Assembly: GCA_050012475.1 (NCBI GenBank)
Contig: JBEKHC010000043.1
Span: 1 to 50,785 of the forward strand
Length of the DNA stretch: 50,785 nucleotides
Origin: Candidatus Velthaea sp.
GTDB lineage: Bacteria > Vulcanimicrobiota > Vulcanimicrobiia > Vulcanimicrobiales > Vulcanimicrobiaceae
Reading direction: 5' to 3'
The position numbers and the translations under genes are program-made. Below are positions 31,771-42,564 of the stretch, one piece after another. A model generated the notes under the pieces. The model worked only from the letters and a program-made list of their open reading frames with translations, ran no database searches and had not been told where the DNA came from. Numbering within the stretch: the stretch's first letter is position 1; the number at the start of each line of letters is the position of its first letter.

Positions 31771-33014
31771 TCGCCGCCGGCCAGCTCGCGACCGCGAAGC
31801 TCGATGTAACGAAGATCCGCGAAGACTTTCCGGTTCTGCGGCAGACCGTTCACGGCAAACCGCTCGTCTATCTGGACAGCGCCGCGACCGCCCAAAAACC
31901 ATACGCCGTCATCGATGCCGTGCGCCGGTTCCACGAAGTCGACTGCGCCAACATCCACCGCGGCGTCCACGAGCTGAGCCAGCGTTCGACGGTCGCCTAT
32001 GAAAAGGCGCGCGCCACAGCGGTGCGCTACCTCAATGCCGCGAGCGAAAGCGAGCTAATCTTCGTCCGCGGCGCGACCGAGGCCATCAACTTGGTGGCCC
32101 ACAGCTGGGGCCGCAGAAACGTCAAGCCCGGGGATGAGATCATCATCTCCGCGCTCGAGCACCACTCGAACATCGTGCCGTGGCAAATGCTGTGCGAGGA
32201 GCAAGGAGCGTTGCTGCGCTTCATCCCGATCGACGATCGGGGCGACTTGATTCTCGAAGCATACGAGAAGCTGCTCAACCCGCGCACGCGGATGGTGGCC
32301 GTATCCCACGTCTCGAACGCGCTGGGCACGATCAACCCGGTGCGGCCGATCATCGCGATGGCGCACGCGGCCGGTGCCGTGGCGCTCATCGACGGTGCCC
32401 AGGCGATTCCGCACATGAGCGTCGACGTGCGAGCCCTCGATGCAGACTTCTACGCGTTTTCGGGTCACAAGCTGTTCGGCCCCACCGGCGTCGGCATGCT
32501 CTACGGAAAGGCGAAGCTGCTCGAGTCGATGCCGCCGTATCAAGGTGGCGGCGACATGATCAAAACGGTGACCCTCGAGAAGACCACGTACAACGATCTG
32601 CCGTACAAGTTTGAGGCCGGCACACCGAACATCGCCGGCGGCATCGGTCTGGGGGCGGCATTCGAGTACGTTTCCGACGTCGGCTTGGACGCGATCGCGG
32701 CGTACGAACACGAGCTGCTCGTCTACGGAACCGAGCTGCTCGAGCAGGTCCCCGGCCTGCGGATCATCGGGACGGCGAGAGAAAAGGCCGCGGTGCTCTC
32801 GTTCGTGATGGAGGGCATTCATCCGCACGACATCGGCACGGTGCTCGACCGGATGGGGATCGCCGTGCGCACGGGTCATCACTGCGCGCAGCCGGTGATG
32901 GACCGCTTCGGCATTCCGGCCACGACGCGCGCCTCGCTCGCGTTCTACAACACCCCGGCGGAACTCGAACGATTGGCGGCCGGGCTGCAGAAGATTGCGG
33001 AGATGTTCGCCTGA
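31767..33014 (+). CDS. sufS: cysteine desulfurase SufS
   Basis: YLDSAATAQKP, EHHSN, FSGHK, RTGHHCAQP. Confidence 0.97.
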   Translation: MIAAGQLATAKLDVTKIREDFPVLRQTVHGKPLVYLDSAATAQKPYAVIDAVRRFHEVDCANIHRGVHELSQRSTVAYEKARATAVRYLNAASESELIFVRGATEAINLVAHSWGRRNVKPGDEIIISALEHHSNIVPWQMLCEEQGALLRFIPIDDRGDLILEAYEKLLNPRTRMVAVSHVSNALGTINPVRPIIAMAHAAGAVALIDGAQAIPHMSVDVRALDADFYAFSGHKLFGPTGVGMLYGKAKLLESMPPYQGGGDMIKTVTLEKTTYNDLPYKFEAGTPNIAGGIGLGAAFEYVSDVGLDAIAAYEHELLVYGTELLEQVPGLRIIGTAREKAAVLSFVMEGIHPHDIGTVLDRMGIAVRTGHHCAQPVMDRFGIPATTRASLAFYNTPAELERLAAGLQKIAEMFA

Positions 33015-33490
33015 TGCTCGACGATCTCTACCAGGAAGTCATCATCGACCACAGCAAGCGCCCGCGCAATTGCCGGCCGATGGCCGATGCGAACCACCGC
33101 GCCGACGGACACAATCAACTGTGCGGCGACAAGCTGCGGCTGTACTTGAAGCTCGAAGACGATCGGGTCACGGACGCCAGCTTCGAGGGCTCCGGCTGCG
33201 CCATCTCGACCGCCGCGGCATCCCTGATGACCGAGTCGCTGAAGGGTAAGACGAAAGCAGAGTCGCTGACTTTGCTCGACGTCTTTCACGAGCAGCTGAC
33301 GACGGATACGCCCGTGCGCCGCGATCTCGGCAAGCTCGTCGTTTTTTGCGGAGTGCGCGACTACCCCGCGCGCGTCAAGTGCGCGACGCTCGCGTGGCAC
33401 ACCCTCAAGTCGGCTCTGGTAACGGAAACGGTGACGACGGACCTCGTCACGACCGAGCTCGTGCCGACGGAACTGGTGACGACGGAATGA
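33014..33490 (+). CDS. sufU: SufU sulfur-transfer protein with repetitive C-tail
   Basis: LYQEVIIDH, N.LCGD, GCAIS, RVKCATLAWH. Confidence 0.92.
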   Translation: MLDDLYQEVIIDHSKRPRNCRPMADANHRADGHNQLCGDKLRLYLKLEDDRVTDASFEGSGCAISTAAASLMTESLKGKTKAESLTLLDVFHEQLTTDTPVRRDLGKLVVFCGVRDYPARVKCATLAWHTLKSALVTETVTTDLVTTELVPTELVTTE

Positions 33491-33822
33491 GCCTGCGAGA
33501 TCACGTCATCGCCGCTCTGCGAACCGTTCGCGATCCGGAATTGCCGGTCAGCGTCTACGATCTCGGCCTGATATACACGATCGAGGCCGACGCCGACGGC
33601 GCGGTTGCGATCCTGATGACCTTGACCGCGCCGAACTGCCCCACGGCCGGCTCGCTTCCGGGCGAGGTGGAGCGCGCAGTGCGAGCGGTTCCCGGCGTGA
33701 CCGGCGTGCACGTGGAGTTGACGTTCGAGCCGCCGTGGACGAAAGAGCGCATGTCCCCCGCGGTCCGATTGTTTCTGGGAACCGAAGACGCGCCGAGGCC
33801 GCTCGTGAGGTTGAGTCTATGA
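33487..33822 (+). CDS. sufT: DUF59/SufT Fe-S maturation protein
   Basis: V.DPELPVS.YDLGLIY, MTLTAPNCP, EPPW...M. Confidence 0.88.
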   Translation: MSLRDHVIAALRTVRDPELPVSVYDLGLIYTIEADADGAVAILMTLTAPNCPTAGSLPGEVERAVRAVPGVTGVHVELTFEPPWTKERMSPAVRLFLGTEDAPRPLVRLSL

Positions 33823-35054
33823 GCGAGTCGCAGCGCGAAGCGCGGCCGGCCTCGATGCCACGCGTGTATCTCGACAACAATGCCACGACCAGAGTCGATC
33901 CCCACGTGCTCGAAGCGATGCTGCCGTTCTTCACCGAGCACTTCGGGAACGCATCGTCCAAGCACGATTTCGGTGAAACGGCGAGCGCTGCGTTGCGCGC
34001 GGCGCGTGCGCGAGTCCAGGAGCTCATCGGCGCGGCGAGCGATACGGAGATCGTCTTCACCGCGAGCGGGACGGAAGCTGGCAACACGGCGATTCTTTCG
34101 GCACTCGAAACGCAGGCCGGCCGAAACGAGATCATCACGTCGCAGGTCGAGCATCCGGCGATCCTTGCCGTTTGCGAGCATCTCGAAACCACTGGCCGCG
34201 CGACGATCCATCGCCTCCCCGTCGACACCGAGGGCCGGCTCGACGTCGAAGCGTATCGCAGCGCGCTGGGTCCGAACACGGCGTGCGTTTCGCTCATGTG
34301 GGCGAATAATGAGACCGGAGTTGTCTTTCCGGTCGAGCGGTTTGCGGCGCTGGCGCACGAAGCCGGGGCGCTGTTTCATTCGGACGCCGTCCAGGCAGTG
34401 GGCAAGATCCCGATCGACATCCGGAACACACCGGTCGATCTGCTCTCGTTCTCTGCGCACAAGCTGCACGGACCGAAAGGCATCGGCGCGCTTTACGTGC
34501 GCAAGGGCGTGCCGCTCCAGCCGCTGATCCGCGGCGGACGCCAGGAGCGCGGCCGGCGCGCGGGGACGGAAAACGTTCCGGCAATCGTGGGCTTCGGGAA
34601 GGCCGCCGAAGCCGCCGGTCGATCGTTGCGAAACGATATGCCGCGGGTGAAGAGCCTGCGCGACACGCTGGAGCGGCGTCTCCTCACGTCGATCGGCGAG
34701 GCTTCGGTCATCGGCGACCGAGCGAATCGCGTCCCGACGACGTTGAACATCGCCTTCGCGTACCTGGAAAGCGATCCGATTTTGGTGCTGCTGAACAAGC
34801 GCGGCATCGCGGCTTCGTCCGGTTCGGCGTGCGCAGCGGGCTCGATGGAGCCATCCCACGTTTTGCGAGCGATGAAGGTGCCGTACACGAGCGCCCACGG
34901 CGCGGTGCGGTTCTCGCTCTCTCGTGAAACCACTGCCGCGGACATCGACCGCGTGATGGACGTCATGCCGGGGATCATCGCCAAACTTCGCAGACCGGCG
35001 CGCATGCCGGATTCGGCCATGAGCCCGACGGCTCTCCAGGAGAGCTACGTATGA
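33819..35054 (+). CDS. nifS: cysteine desulfurase NifS
   Basis: YLDNNATT, MWANNETG, SAHKLHGPKG, SSGSACAAGS.EPSHVL. Confidence 0.93.
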   Translation: MSESQREARPASMPRVYLDNNATTRVDPHVLEAMLPFFTEHFGNASSKHDFGETASAALRAARARVQELIGAASDTEIVFTASGTEAGNTAILSALETQAGRNEIITSQVEHPAILAVCEHLETTGRATIHRLPVDTEGRLDVEAYRSALGPNTACVSLMWANNETGVVFPVERFAALAHEAGALFHSDAVQAVGKIPIDIRNTPVDLLSFSAHKLHGPKGIGALYVRKGVPLQPLIRGGRQERGRRAGTENVPAIVGFGKAAEAAGRSLRNDMPRVKSLRDTLERRLLTSIGEASVIGDRANRVPTTLNIAFAYLESDPILVLLNKRGIAASSGSACAAGSMEPSHVLRAMKVPYTSAHGAVRFSLSRETTAADIDRVMDVMPGIIAKLRRPARMPDSAMSPTALQESYV

Positions 35055-36196
35055 ACGAACAGCTGCCGCGCGTCATCATCAACGACTCGACGTTACGCGA
35101 CGGCGAGCAGGCGCCGTCGGTGGCCTTTACCGCTGAGGAGAAAATTCGCATCGCGCTGGCCTTGGAGCAAGCCGGTGTCGACGAAATCGAAGCCGGCATT
35201 CCGGCGATGGGTGACGCCGAGATCGACGTGATCCGTGCGACGGGCCAATCACTGCGGCGCGCCAAGGTGATCGCGTGGGGCCGAATGACGCGAGCGGACG
35301 TCGACGCTGCCGCCCGGACCGGCGTCAAACGAGTCAACCTTTCGGTTCCGCTGTCGGACGTTCAGATTGCGGTCAAGTTCGGCAGCGACCGCGAAGACGT
35401 GCTGCGGCGCATTCGCGACGTGATTCCGTATGCGCGCGAGCGCGGCTTCGAGGTGTCGCTGGGCGGCGAAGATGCCAGCCGCGCCGACCTGGATTTCGTT
35501 CGGGCCGCGCTGCTCTGCGCGCAAGGCGCGGGCGCGGTAAAGTTCCGCTTTGCCGACACGCTCGGGATCCTGGACCCGTTCAAGACCGGCGCCGTCTTTC
35601 GTCGCTTGCGCATGTTCACGGACATGGACTTGGAATTTCATGGTCACAACGATTTTGGTCTGGCAACGGCCAACACGCTGGCCGCCATCGCGGCCGGAGC
35701 GTCGCACGCCAGTGTCTGCGTGTTAGGCTTGGGAGAACGCGCGGGGAACGCCTCGCTCGAAGAAGTGGTCGCCGGACTGATGCTGATCTACGCGCGGAAG
35801 ACAGCCGTCGATCTCGCGCGTCTCCCGGCGTTGGCCGAACTCGTCGCGGCGGCGGCGAAACGGCCGATTCCGGCCGCGCAGCCGATCGTCGGCAGTTCCG
35901 CCTTCACGCACGAATCGGGGATGCACGTCAGTGCGTTGCTCAAAAATCCGCAAGCCTACGAAGCGGTGGACCCGGGGCGGTTCGGACGCATTCGCAACTT
36001 CGTCCTGGGCAAACATTCGGGCCGAGCGTCGGTCGTGAACGCCCTCGAGGCGCTGGACCTGACCGCGGATCACGAGAGCGCCGGTCTCATCCTGGGACAG
36101 GTCCGCGCGCACGCCATACGGACCAAAGAAGCCGTCGGTCCGCTCGAACTTCGTCAATTTCACGCCAACGTCAATATCTCGGGAGCGCGTCCATGA
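35051..36196 (+). CDS. nifV: homocitrate synthase
   Basis: DSTLRDGEQ, ADTLG, HGHNDFG.ATAN, GERAGNA, HESG.H, GKHSG. Confidence 0.93.
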   Translation: MNEQLPRVIINDSTLRDGEQAPSVAFTAEEKIRIALALEQAGVDEIEAGIPAMGDAEIDVIRATGQSLRRAKVIAWGRMTRADVDAAARTGVKRVNLSVPLSDVQIAVKFGSDREDVLRRIRDVIPYARERGFEVSLGGEDASRADLDFVRAALLCAQGAGAVKFRFADTLGILDPFKTGAVFRRLRMFTDMDLEFHGHNDFGLATANTLAAIAAGASHASVCVLGLGERAGNASLEEVVAGLMLIYARKTAVDLARLPALAELVAAAAKRPIPAAQPIVGSSAFTHESGMHVSALLKNPQAYEAVDPGRFGRIRNFVLGKHSGRASVVNALEALDLTADHESAGLILGQVRAHAIRTKEAVGPLELRQFHANVNISGARP

Positions 36197-36525
36197 ACGT
36201 ACTCGATCAACTCGCAACGCTGTCGAGCGCTGAGGATTTCTTCACCTTCCTGGACCTCGGGTACGATCCGGCAGTGCTGGATGTCGTGCGGCTGCACATC
36301 CTCAAGCGGATGGGCGAATATCTGCGCAAGAACAAAGCCGCGTTGGCGTTAGCCGACGAGCAAGCCGCGCGTGCTCTGTGCCGAGCGCATCTCGAGCGCG
36401 CGTACAGCGACTTCATCGAGTCGACTCCGCTCGAACAACGCGTATTCAAAGTGCTCAAAGACGCGGTGACGCCGTCTGCGGCGCCGTTGGTACAGCTCTC
36501 CGTCGCGCCCAACGGGCAAGGATGA
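36193..36525 (+). CDS. nifW: NifW
   Basis: LSSAEDFF, V.RLHILKR, AY.DF..STP...RVFKV. Confidence 0.92.
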   Translation: MNVLDQLATLSSAEDFFTFLDLGYDPAVLDVVRLHILKRMGEYLRKNKAALALADEQAARALCRAHLERAYSDFIESTPLEQRVFKVLKDAVTPSAAPLVQLSVAPNGQG

Positions 36526-36526
36526 C

Positions 36527-37396
36527 ATGGACAAGAAGCTGCATATCGTCGTCTGTCTCAAGCAAGTTCCGGACAGCGCGCAGATCCGCGTGCATCCCGT
36601 GACGAACACCATCATGCGCCAGGGCGTGCCGTCGGTCATCAATCCCTACGATCTCTTCGCGCTCGAGGAAGCGTTGCGGCTGCGGGATAAAGTCGGCGCC
36701 GCCGACGTAACCGTGCTCACGATGGGGCCGCCGATGGCGGAGGACAGTCTGCGCAAGGCGCTCGCCTACGGTGCCGATCGCGCGGTTTTGCTGACGGATC
36801 GTCAGTTTGCCGGCTCGGACACGTTGGCCACGACCTATGCGCTCTCGAGTGCGATCAGGAAGATCGGTGAGACCTGGGGTGCACCGCACGTCGTGTTCAC
36901 CGGGAAGCAAACGATCGACGGCGACACCGCGCAGGTCGGCCCGGGCATTGCGAAGCGGCTCAACTACAATGCGCTGACGTACGTTTCGCGCATTGCGTCT
37001 TTCGAGGCCGAAGCCGGAACGATCATGGTCGAACGCCGCGCCGAGGGCGGCGTCCAAGTCCTCACGACTCGCCTTCCGGTGCTCATGACGATGCTCGAAG
37101 ACACCAATGAGATGCGGCGTGGCACGATGGACGACGCGCTGCGGGCGGCCCAGGCCGAGATCGTCATGTGGAGCGCGGTCGACGCGGGCATCCCGGAACT
37201 TACCAAGTGCGGTCTGCGCGGCTCGCCGACGGTCGTGAAGAAAGTGTTCGCGCCGGCCGCGCGCGCCGAAAAGGCAGAGCAAGTTCCGGTCACCGGCCGG
37301 ACCTGGTCGGAGATGGCCGACGACATGATCAACACTATTTTCACGCGTCGCCCGGGTCTCGAGACCGAGCTTCTCGCGCGAACGGAGAACTTCTGA
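36527..37396 (+). CDS. fixA: electron transfer flavoprotein beta subunit FixA
   Basis: [35 protein letters not shown]. Confidence 0.95.
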   Translation: MDKKLHIVVCLKQVPDSAQIRVHPVTNTIMRQGVPSVINPYDLFALEEALRLRDKVGAADVTVLTMGPPMAEDSLRKALAYGADRAVLLTDRQFAGSDTLATTYALSSAIRKIGETWGAPHVVFTGKQTIDGDTAQVGPGIAKRLNYNALTYVSRIASFEAEAGTIMVERRAEGGVQVLTTRLPVLMTMLEDTNEMRRGTMDDALRAAQAEIVMWSAVDAGIPELTKCGLRGSPTVVKKVFAPAARAEKAEQVPVTGRTWSEMADDMINTIFTRRPGLETELLARTENF

Positions 37397-38517
37397 TGAA
37401 CAATGCACCAGGGCCGACACCGCCACGGCCGGCCGGCGGCCGCGCGTCCAAGAAAGCGGAGCTGCCCGAACACCTCAAAGCGTACCGGCACGTCTGGGTG
37501 TTCATCGAGTACGAGCGCGGCGCAATCCACCCCGTTTCCTTGGAACTCTTGGGGGAAGGCCGCAAACTCGCCGACAAGCTCGGGGTGGAACTCGCGGGCG
37601 TGCTGATGGGTTCGTCGCATGCCGATCTGCTGCTCGCGGCGACCGACTGTTTCGAGTTCGGCGCCGACGTGGTGTATTTGGTTACCGACCCTGTCCTGGC
37701 CGATTATCGCAACGAGCCGTTCACCAAAGCGATGACGGACCTCGTGAACACCTATCAGCCGGAGATTCTGCTGCTTGGCGCGACGACGCTGGGCCGCGAT
37801 CTCGCCGGCTCGGTGGCGACCACGCTGCTCACCGGCCTCACCGCCGACACGACGGCGCTGGCGATCGATGAGGAACGGTCGCTTGCCGCGACGCGGCCGA
37901 CCTTCGGCGGGTCGCTGCTTTGCACGATCTACACGCTGAATTTCCGGCCGCAGATGGCGACCGTCCGGCCACGCGTCATGCCGATGCCGGAGCGCCAGCC
38001 GGGCCGCGTCGGACGCATCGTCGAGCAGCCGCTCAATCTGGCCGAGGACGACATCATCACCAAAGTGCTGGCGTTCCTCCCCGATCGCGATTCGGACAAG
38101 GCGCAGCTCGCGTTTGCCGACATCGTCGTGGCCGGCGGACTGGGCCTCAAATCGATGGAGAACTTTCAGCACGTCAAACACTTGGCGCAGGTCCTCGGCG
38201 GTGAATACGGGGGTTCGCGCCCCGTGGCCCACAAGGGTTGGATTCCCGCCGATCGGCAGATCGGGCAAACCGGCAAAACGATTCGGCCGAAACTCTACAT
38301 CGCTGCCGGCATCTCCGGCGCGATTCAACATCGCGTCGGCGTCGACGGCGCCGACTTGATCGTCGCGATCAACTCGGATCCCAACGCGCCGATCTTCGAC
38401 TTCGCTCACGTCGGCATCGTTGCGGACGCAGTGGAGTTCTTGCCGGTGTTCACGGATGCGCTCCGTGCACGCCTGTCACTTCACTACGTTCCGGAAACCT
38501 TTCTGGTAGCGAAATAG
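37396..38517 (+). CDS. fixB: electron transfer flavoprotein alpha subunit FixB
   Basis: [34 protein letters not shown]. Confidence 0.95.
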   Translation: MNNAPGPTPPRPAGGRASKKAELPEHLKAYRHVWVFIEYERGAIHPVSLELLGEGRKLADKLGVELAGVLMGSSHADLLLAATDCFEFGADVVYLVTDPVLADYRNEPFTKAMTDLVNTYQPEILLLGATTLGRDLAGSVATTLLTGLTADTTALAIDEERSLAATRPTFGGSLLCTIYTLNFRPQMATVRPRVMPMPERQPGRVGRIVEQPLNLAEDDIITKVLAFLPDRDSDKAQLAFADIVVAGGLGLKSMENFQHVKHLAQVLGGEYGGSRPVAHKGWIPADRQIGQTGKTIRPKLYIAAGISGAIQHRVGVDGADLIVAINSDPNAPIFDFAHVGIVADAVEFLPVFTDALRARLSLHYVPETFLVAK

Positions 38518-38525
38518 GAGCTGCG

Positions 38526-39742
38526 ATGAAAAAGAAATTCGACGCGATCGTCGTGGGAGCCGGTCCCGCGGGCAACGCGGCCGCCTATACGATGGCCAAA
38601 AGTGGACTCAACGTTCTGCAGCTCGAACGCGGCGAGTATCCGGGATCGAAGAACGTCCAAGGCGCGATTCTGTACTCCGACGCGCTCGAGAGGATCATCC
38701 CGGACTTTCGCAAGAGTTCAATGAGGAACGGCCCAACCGCTACACCATCATTCGGGCGGAGTTCGACAAGTGGTTCAGCCGCCGCGTGCGCGAAGCGGGC
38801 GCTGTCGTCTTGTGCGAAACGACGGTAACTGGCCTGATCAAAGATAAGCACGGCAAAGTGGTCGGCGTGCATACCGACCGCGCCGACGGCGATCTCTTGG
38901 CGGACGTCGTGGTTTTGGGTGAGGGCGTCAACGGTTTGGTCGGGCAATCGGCCGGACTGCGTCCGGAGCTCAAACCCAAAGAAGTCGCCCTGGCGGTCAA
39001 AGAGATGCACTTCATGCCCCAGGACGTGCTCGAGAATCGCTTCAACCTCAAGGGCGACGAGGGCGTGGTCATCGAGGCGATGGGCACGGTAAGCCCGGGT
39101 CTCTCCGGAATGGGTTTCATCTACACCAACAAAGAGTCGATCTCGGTTGGCATTGGCACCCTCGTCTCGGATTTCACCGAGTCGGGCGCGACACCGTACA
39201 GCATGATCGAGGCGTTCAAGAACCATCCCAGCATCAAGCCGCTGCTGGCCGGCTCCGAGGCGAAGGAATACTCGGCGCACCTGATTCCCGAGGGCGGGTT
39301 CAAAGCGATCCCGGATGTGTACGGCGACGGGTGGGTCATCGTCGGCGATGCCGGCCAGTTCGTGAACTCGGTGCATCGTGAAGGTTCGAACATGGCGATG
39401 ACCACCGGACTGCTCGCCGGCGAAACGATCGCGCACTTGCATCACAAACGCCAGAAGTGCAGCAAGGCCAACCTTACGATGTACAAGATGGCGTTGGATC
39501 AATCGTATGTCATGAAGGATCTCAAGAAATATAAGGACATTCCGAACTATCTCCATCAAAACAATAAGACACTGCTCGGGGTGTATCCGCGCCTGCTCGG
39601 CCAGGCCGCGCAGAATTGGTTTCGCGTCGACGGCACGGACAAACAAACGAAGGAAAACGAAATACTGGCGTCTTTCCGTAAGAGCCGATCGCTTCCAGGA
39701 TTGATCGGCGATGCATTGAAGTTTGCGAGGGCTTGGCGATGA
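38526..39742 (+). pseudogene. fixC: FixC flavoprotein, frameshifted by internal deletion at ~38711
   Basis: [13 protein letters not shown]...IIPDFR in one frame joins directly to [14 protein letters not shown]...FARAWR in another; the ~30-residue segment normally between them is absent. Confidence 0.88.
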
Positions 39743-40065
39743 ATCCGGTCGAAATACTTACTGCGCTACCAGAAAGCAGAATCGTGGTGAACGTTGAGGA
39801 CAAACTGTACACGAACCGCTATCAAGTCGATGCCGGGCGTCCGCACATAACCGTCAAGCCGCACGACAAGCCGTCGAAGGCGCTGTTGTCTTTGACGACG
39901 ACGTGTCCCGCAGGCTGCTACAGCCTCAACGATAAGGGTCACGTGGAGATTGCCGTCGACGGATGCTTGGAATGCGGCACGTGCCGCGTCGTTTGTGCCG
40001 CGACGAAGGACATCGAGTGGAGCTATCCGCGCGGCGGCTTCGGCGTTCTTTTCAAGTTCGGCTAA
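39739..40065 (+). CDS. fixX: ferredoxin-like FixX
   Basis: [41 protein letters not shown]. Confidence 0.95.
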   Translation: MNPVEILTALPESRIVVNVEDKLYTNRYQVDAGRPHITVKPHDKPSKALLSLTTTCPAGCYSLNDKGHVEIAVDGCLECGTCRVVCAATKDIEWSYPRGGFGVLFKFG

Positions 40066-40172
40066 GCGCGGTGCGTCAAGCCGGCGGCAGCGGAGCGTCG
40101 TAGCGTACATTTCTTCAACGGTACTTTGATTCGCGTTGTGTTCCGCTGGGGCGTCGCTTCTCAAGCGCTTCA

Positions 40173-40273
40173 GGGATGCTCCGGTTTAACCCTGGCCGAG
40201 GAGCATAGCGGCGAAGTTTGTTTAGCAAAAAAGCCGCGTAGCGACGACGTCTAAGGCTAAATCAGAGCATCCC
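40173..40273. mobile_element. MITE-like element (family B), copy 3
   Basis: GGGATGCTC...GAGGAGCATAGCGGCGAAGTTTG...AAATCAGAGCATCCC, 101 bp. Confidence 0.78.
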
Positions 40274-40557
40274 TTGATGAGAACAAGCAGTGGACAAGTG
40301 TCGATTGTCAGTTTCAACGAGCCATGCTCTGAAGTGAGGGCCGGCCTTGAAGCGTAGGCGATCGCCAAGCCGAATTACCACAATAGCTGTTGCGCTCGGT
40401 GAACCTGACCAATGTGCTGCAATTGCCATAGCCGGGACATGCAAAAAGCGCAAGAATAGCTCATCGACTTCAGCCTCAGTGCATGAAAACATGATAGTAA
40501 GTTGTGTCGGCCCGCTGGAGCCAGCCGGCATGAACTTATGCGAACAGGAGTAGACAA

Positions 40558-41463
40558 GTGGGTAACGTGACATTTTCTTCCCCCGTTTTAGCGCGGGACA
40601 TCACCGTCTATGCCGTGGCCGGCGATCGCGGCACCATTCTGGCAGTGGCGAAGGAACACAAGATTCCGATTCCGTTCGATTGTCAGGACGGCGAATGCGG
40701 TTCGTGTCTGGTCGAGGTCAAACACCTCTCGGACACCAAGTGTGCCATCGCGCTTACCGAGAAGGAAAAAGAGATGCTCCGCCAGCTCGGGAAGATCACG
40801 CGCAAAGAAATAGAGAATGCGGAAGTCAACGACATGCCGCCGCGTTACCGCTTGGCTTGTCAGTGTTTCGTGCGCAACGAAGATATCATGGTCAACTTCG
40901 TGGGCGACGAAACGCTGCCCGCCCAGAAGCCGCATCTCACGCCCGCGGCAAAGATCTTCAAAGGCGGCCTCAAGCCCACGTCGATCGACGATTTCCTCGG
41001 CTACGCCGTGAAGGTTGAAGAAGACGCGGCGCTCCATTTCGAGAAAATGTCTGCGGCGATGGAGGAATGCGGAAACCACGAGGTCGCCAAGCTCTTTGCT
41101 CAGCTGGGCAGCTTTTCGCGCTTGCACTTGGCCGAGGCGCAGCGACGCGCGGGCGCGATCGACGCCGCGGTGACCGTTCCGCCCGACTACGTTTGGCCGG
41201 AGCACGCGACTCCCGAGCGCACGTCTTTCTTGGCCGGTGATCCGCACCTGTCGCGCCTGGACGCCCTGCGCGCGGCGCTCGTCGGTGAAGAGCGCGGCTA
41301 CGAGTTTTACTACGCAGTTGCGGGCACGACGAGCAATACCGATATCCGCGACCTTGCACTCGAATTCGTCAAAGAGGAAGCCGAACACGTCGCGGTGCTC
41401 AAAGCCTGGATCACCCGCGAGGAATGGGCCTTGAAGACCGCGCAAGTGACACAACTTGTTTAG
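40558..41463 (+). CDS. FeSII (Shethna protein II)-like [2Fe-2S] domain fused to rubrerythrin/ferritin-like domain
   Basis: FSSP...AVAG.R.T.L..A....IPF.CQDG.CGSCLV...LT.KE...GK...PP.YRLACQ matches the recalled Azotobacter FeSII pattern; C-terminal helical bundle with E-rich motifs and EEAEH. Confidence 0.8.
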   Translation: MGNVTFSSPVLARDITVYAVAGDRGTILAVAKEHKIPIPFDCQDGECGSCLVEVKHLSDTKCAIALTEKEKEMLRQLGKITRKEIENAEVNDMPPRYRLACQCFVRNEDIMVNFVGDETLPAQKPHLTPAAKIFKGGLKPTSIDDFLGYAVKVEEDAALHFEKMSAAMEECGNHEVAKLFAQLGSFSRLHLAEAQRRAGAIDAAVTVPPDYVWPEHATPERTSFLAGDPHLSRLDALRAALVGEERGYEFYYAVAGTTSNTDIRDLALEFVKEEAEHVAVLKAWITREEWALKTAQVTQLV

Positions 41464-41501
41464 CGCAGCATCAACGTTCGGCCGCCCCGCGAGGCAACCG
41501 T

Positions 41502-41996
41502 ATGCAATCGATTGAGGAATTTCTCGCCTATGCGATCCATCTCGAACGCGAGGCAATGGACCGTTTCGGCGAACTCGCCGACTCGATGGCCACCTATGGC
41601 AACGCCGAAGTGGGAAAGCTGTTTCGGCGTCTGTCGGAATATTCGCGGCTTCATCTTGCGGAGGCCCAAGCGCGCGCCGGATATCGCGAAATTCCGGAAC
41701 TGCGGCCCGACGAATTCAATTGGCCCGATTTGGAAAGCCCGGAGGCGGCGGCCATCTGGGCCGCGGATCCCTTCATCGGCCGGGAGCAGGCATTGCACAT
41801 TGCCCTGGCGGCTGAGGCGGCCGGTCTTGCGTACTACCAGAGCGTTTTCGACACGGCGACCGATCCGGAGATCAAGGTGCTGGCAAAGGAATTCGTCGAG
41901 GAGGAAAGCGCTCACGTCGCCGAGCTGGAACGATGGATCGCCCACCACAAGGCCGGCAAAAAGCTGCCCGTCGACGGAAAGCTGCTCGCGCGCTAA
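41502..41996 (+). CDS. rubrerythrin/ferritin-like protein
   Basis: Homologous to C-domain of preceding gene (FLAYA...E...SRLHLAEAQ...WP...PE...EFVEEESAH). Confidence 0.85.
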   Translation: MQSIEEFLAYAIHLEREAMDRFGELADSMATYGNAEVGKLFRRLSEYSRLHLAEAQARAGYREIPELRPDEFNWPDLESPEAAAIWAADPFIGREQALHIALAAEAAGLAYYQSVFDTATDPEIKVLAKEFVEEESAHVAELERWIAHHKAGKKLPVDGKLLAR

Positions 41997-42343
41997 CAGA
42001 AAGAGCGCACGTCGATCGGTGATTGAACGTCACCGCTTGAAAACGCCGATCGAACTTGCGACGCGGCGGTCGCTCGGCGTACTTGCAGACCGCTTCATTC
42101 CGAACGGGTCGAAGCGAGAGACTCCGGTCAGCGCCTGCCGGCTTACCGTTTGACGGGACCGAACGCGTTTGCGGCGTCGCTTCGATCGTTCTCCCGTGTA
42201 TTGGCACGGTTCTCGACCAGCGACCGCTCCGATTGGCTAAATCGAAATGCGATCCATTGTGCGAAGTGATTACTTCGTTGTATCCGCGGGCGAACGCTGC
42301 GTAGAAGTACCGCGTCCTCAACAGAAAACCGGCGCCGCATGAG

Positions 42344-42437
42344 CTTAGGACGACCTAACCGTTTGTCCATTGGTGGAGTCAGTCATTGATGTGCGTACCG
42401 CTTGGACAGTGAGTGAGATGTTGCGCCGCGTTATACT
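42344..42437 (+). promoter_or_regulatory. conserved 94-bp element upstream of sufR copy (copy B)
   Basis: Ungapped match to 10029..10122(-); ends in -10-like TATACT. Confidence 0.7.
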
Positions 42438-42564
42438 TTTCATCACCGAATACTTTTGATTACCGAGACATTCGCACACAACGATCGCGACGGCGACGAC
42501 CATTGCGGAGGAGCCCATCGCTTACGTTCTTTCCCTCTTTGCGCGCGATGATAGGTGCACAGAC

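Noticed and set aside
38700..38720. Programmed frameshift in fixC
   Set aside because: No slippery site, and about 30 conserved codons are physically missing
40526..40541. sigma54 promoter before the FeSII fusion (CGGCATGAACTTATGC)
   Set aside because: GG-GC spacing is 11 rather than 10, and it abuts the RBS
42000..42390. Possible decayed sufB 5' remnant on the minus strand
   Set aside because: Only scattered short resemblances across frames and partly overlapping the 94-bp element; not supportable without tBLASTn
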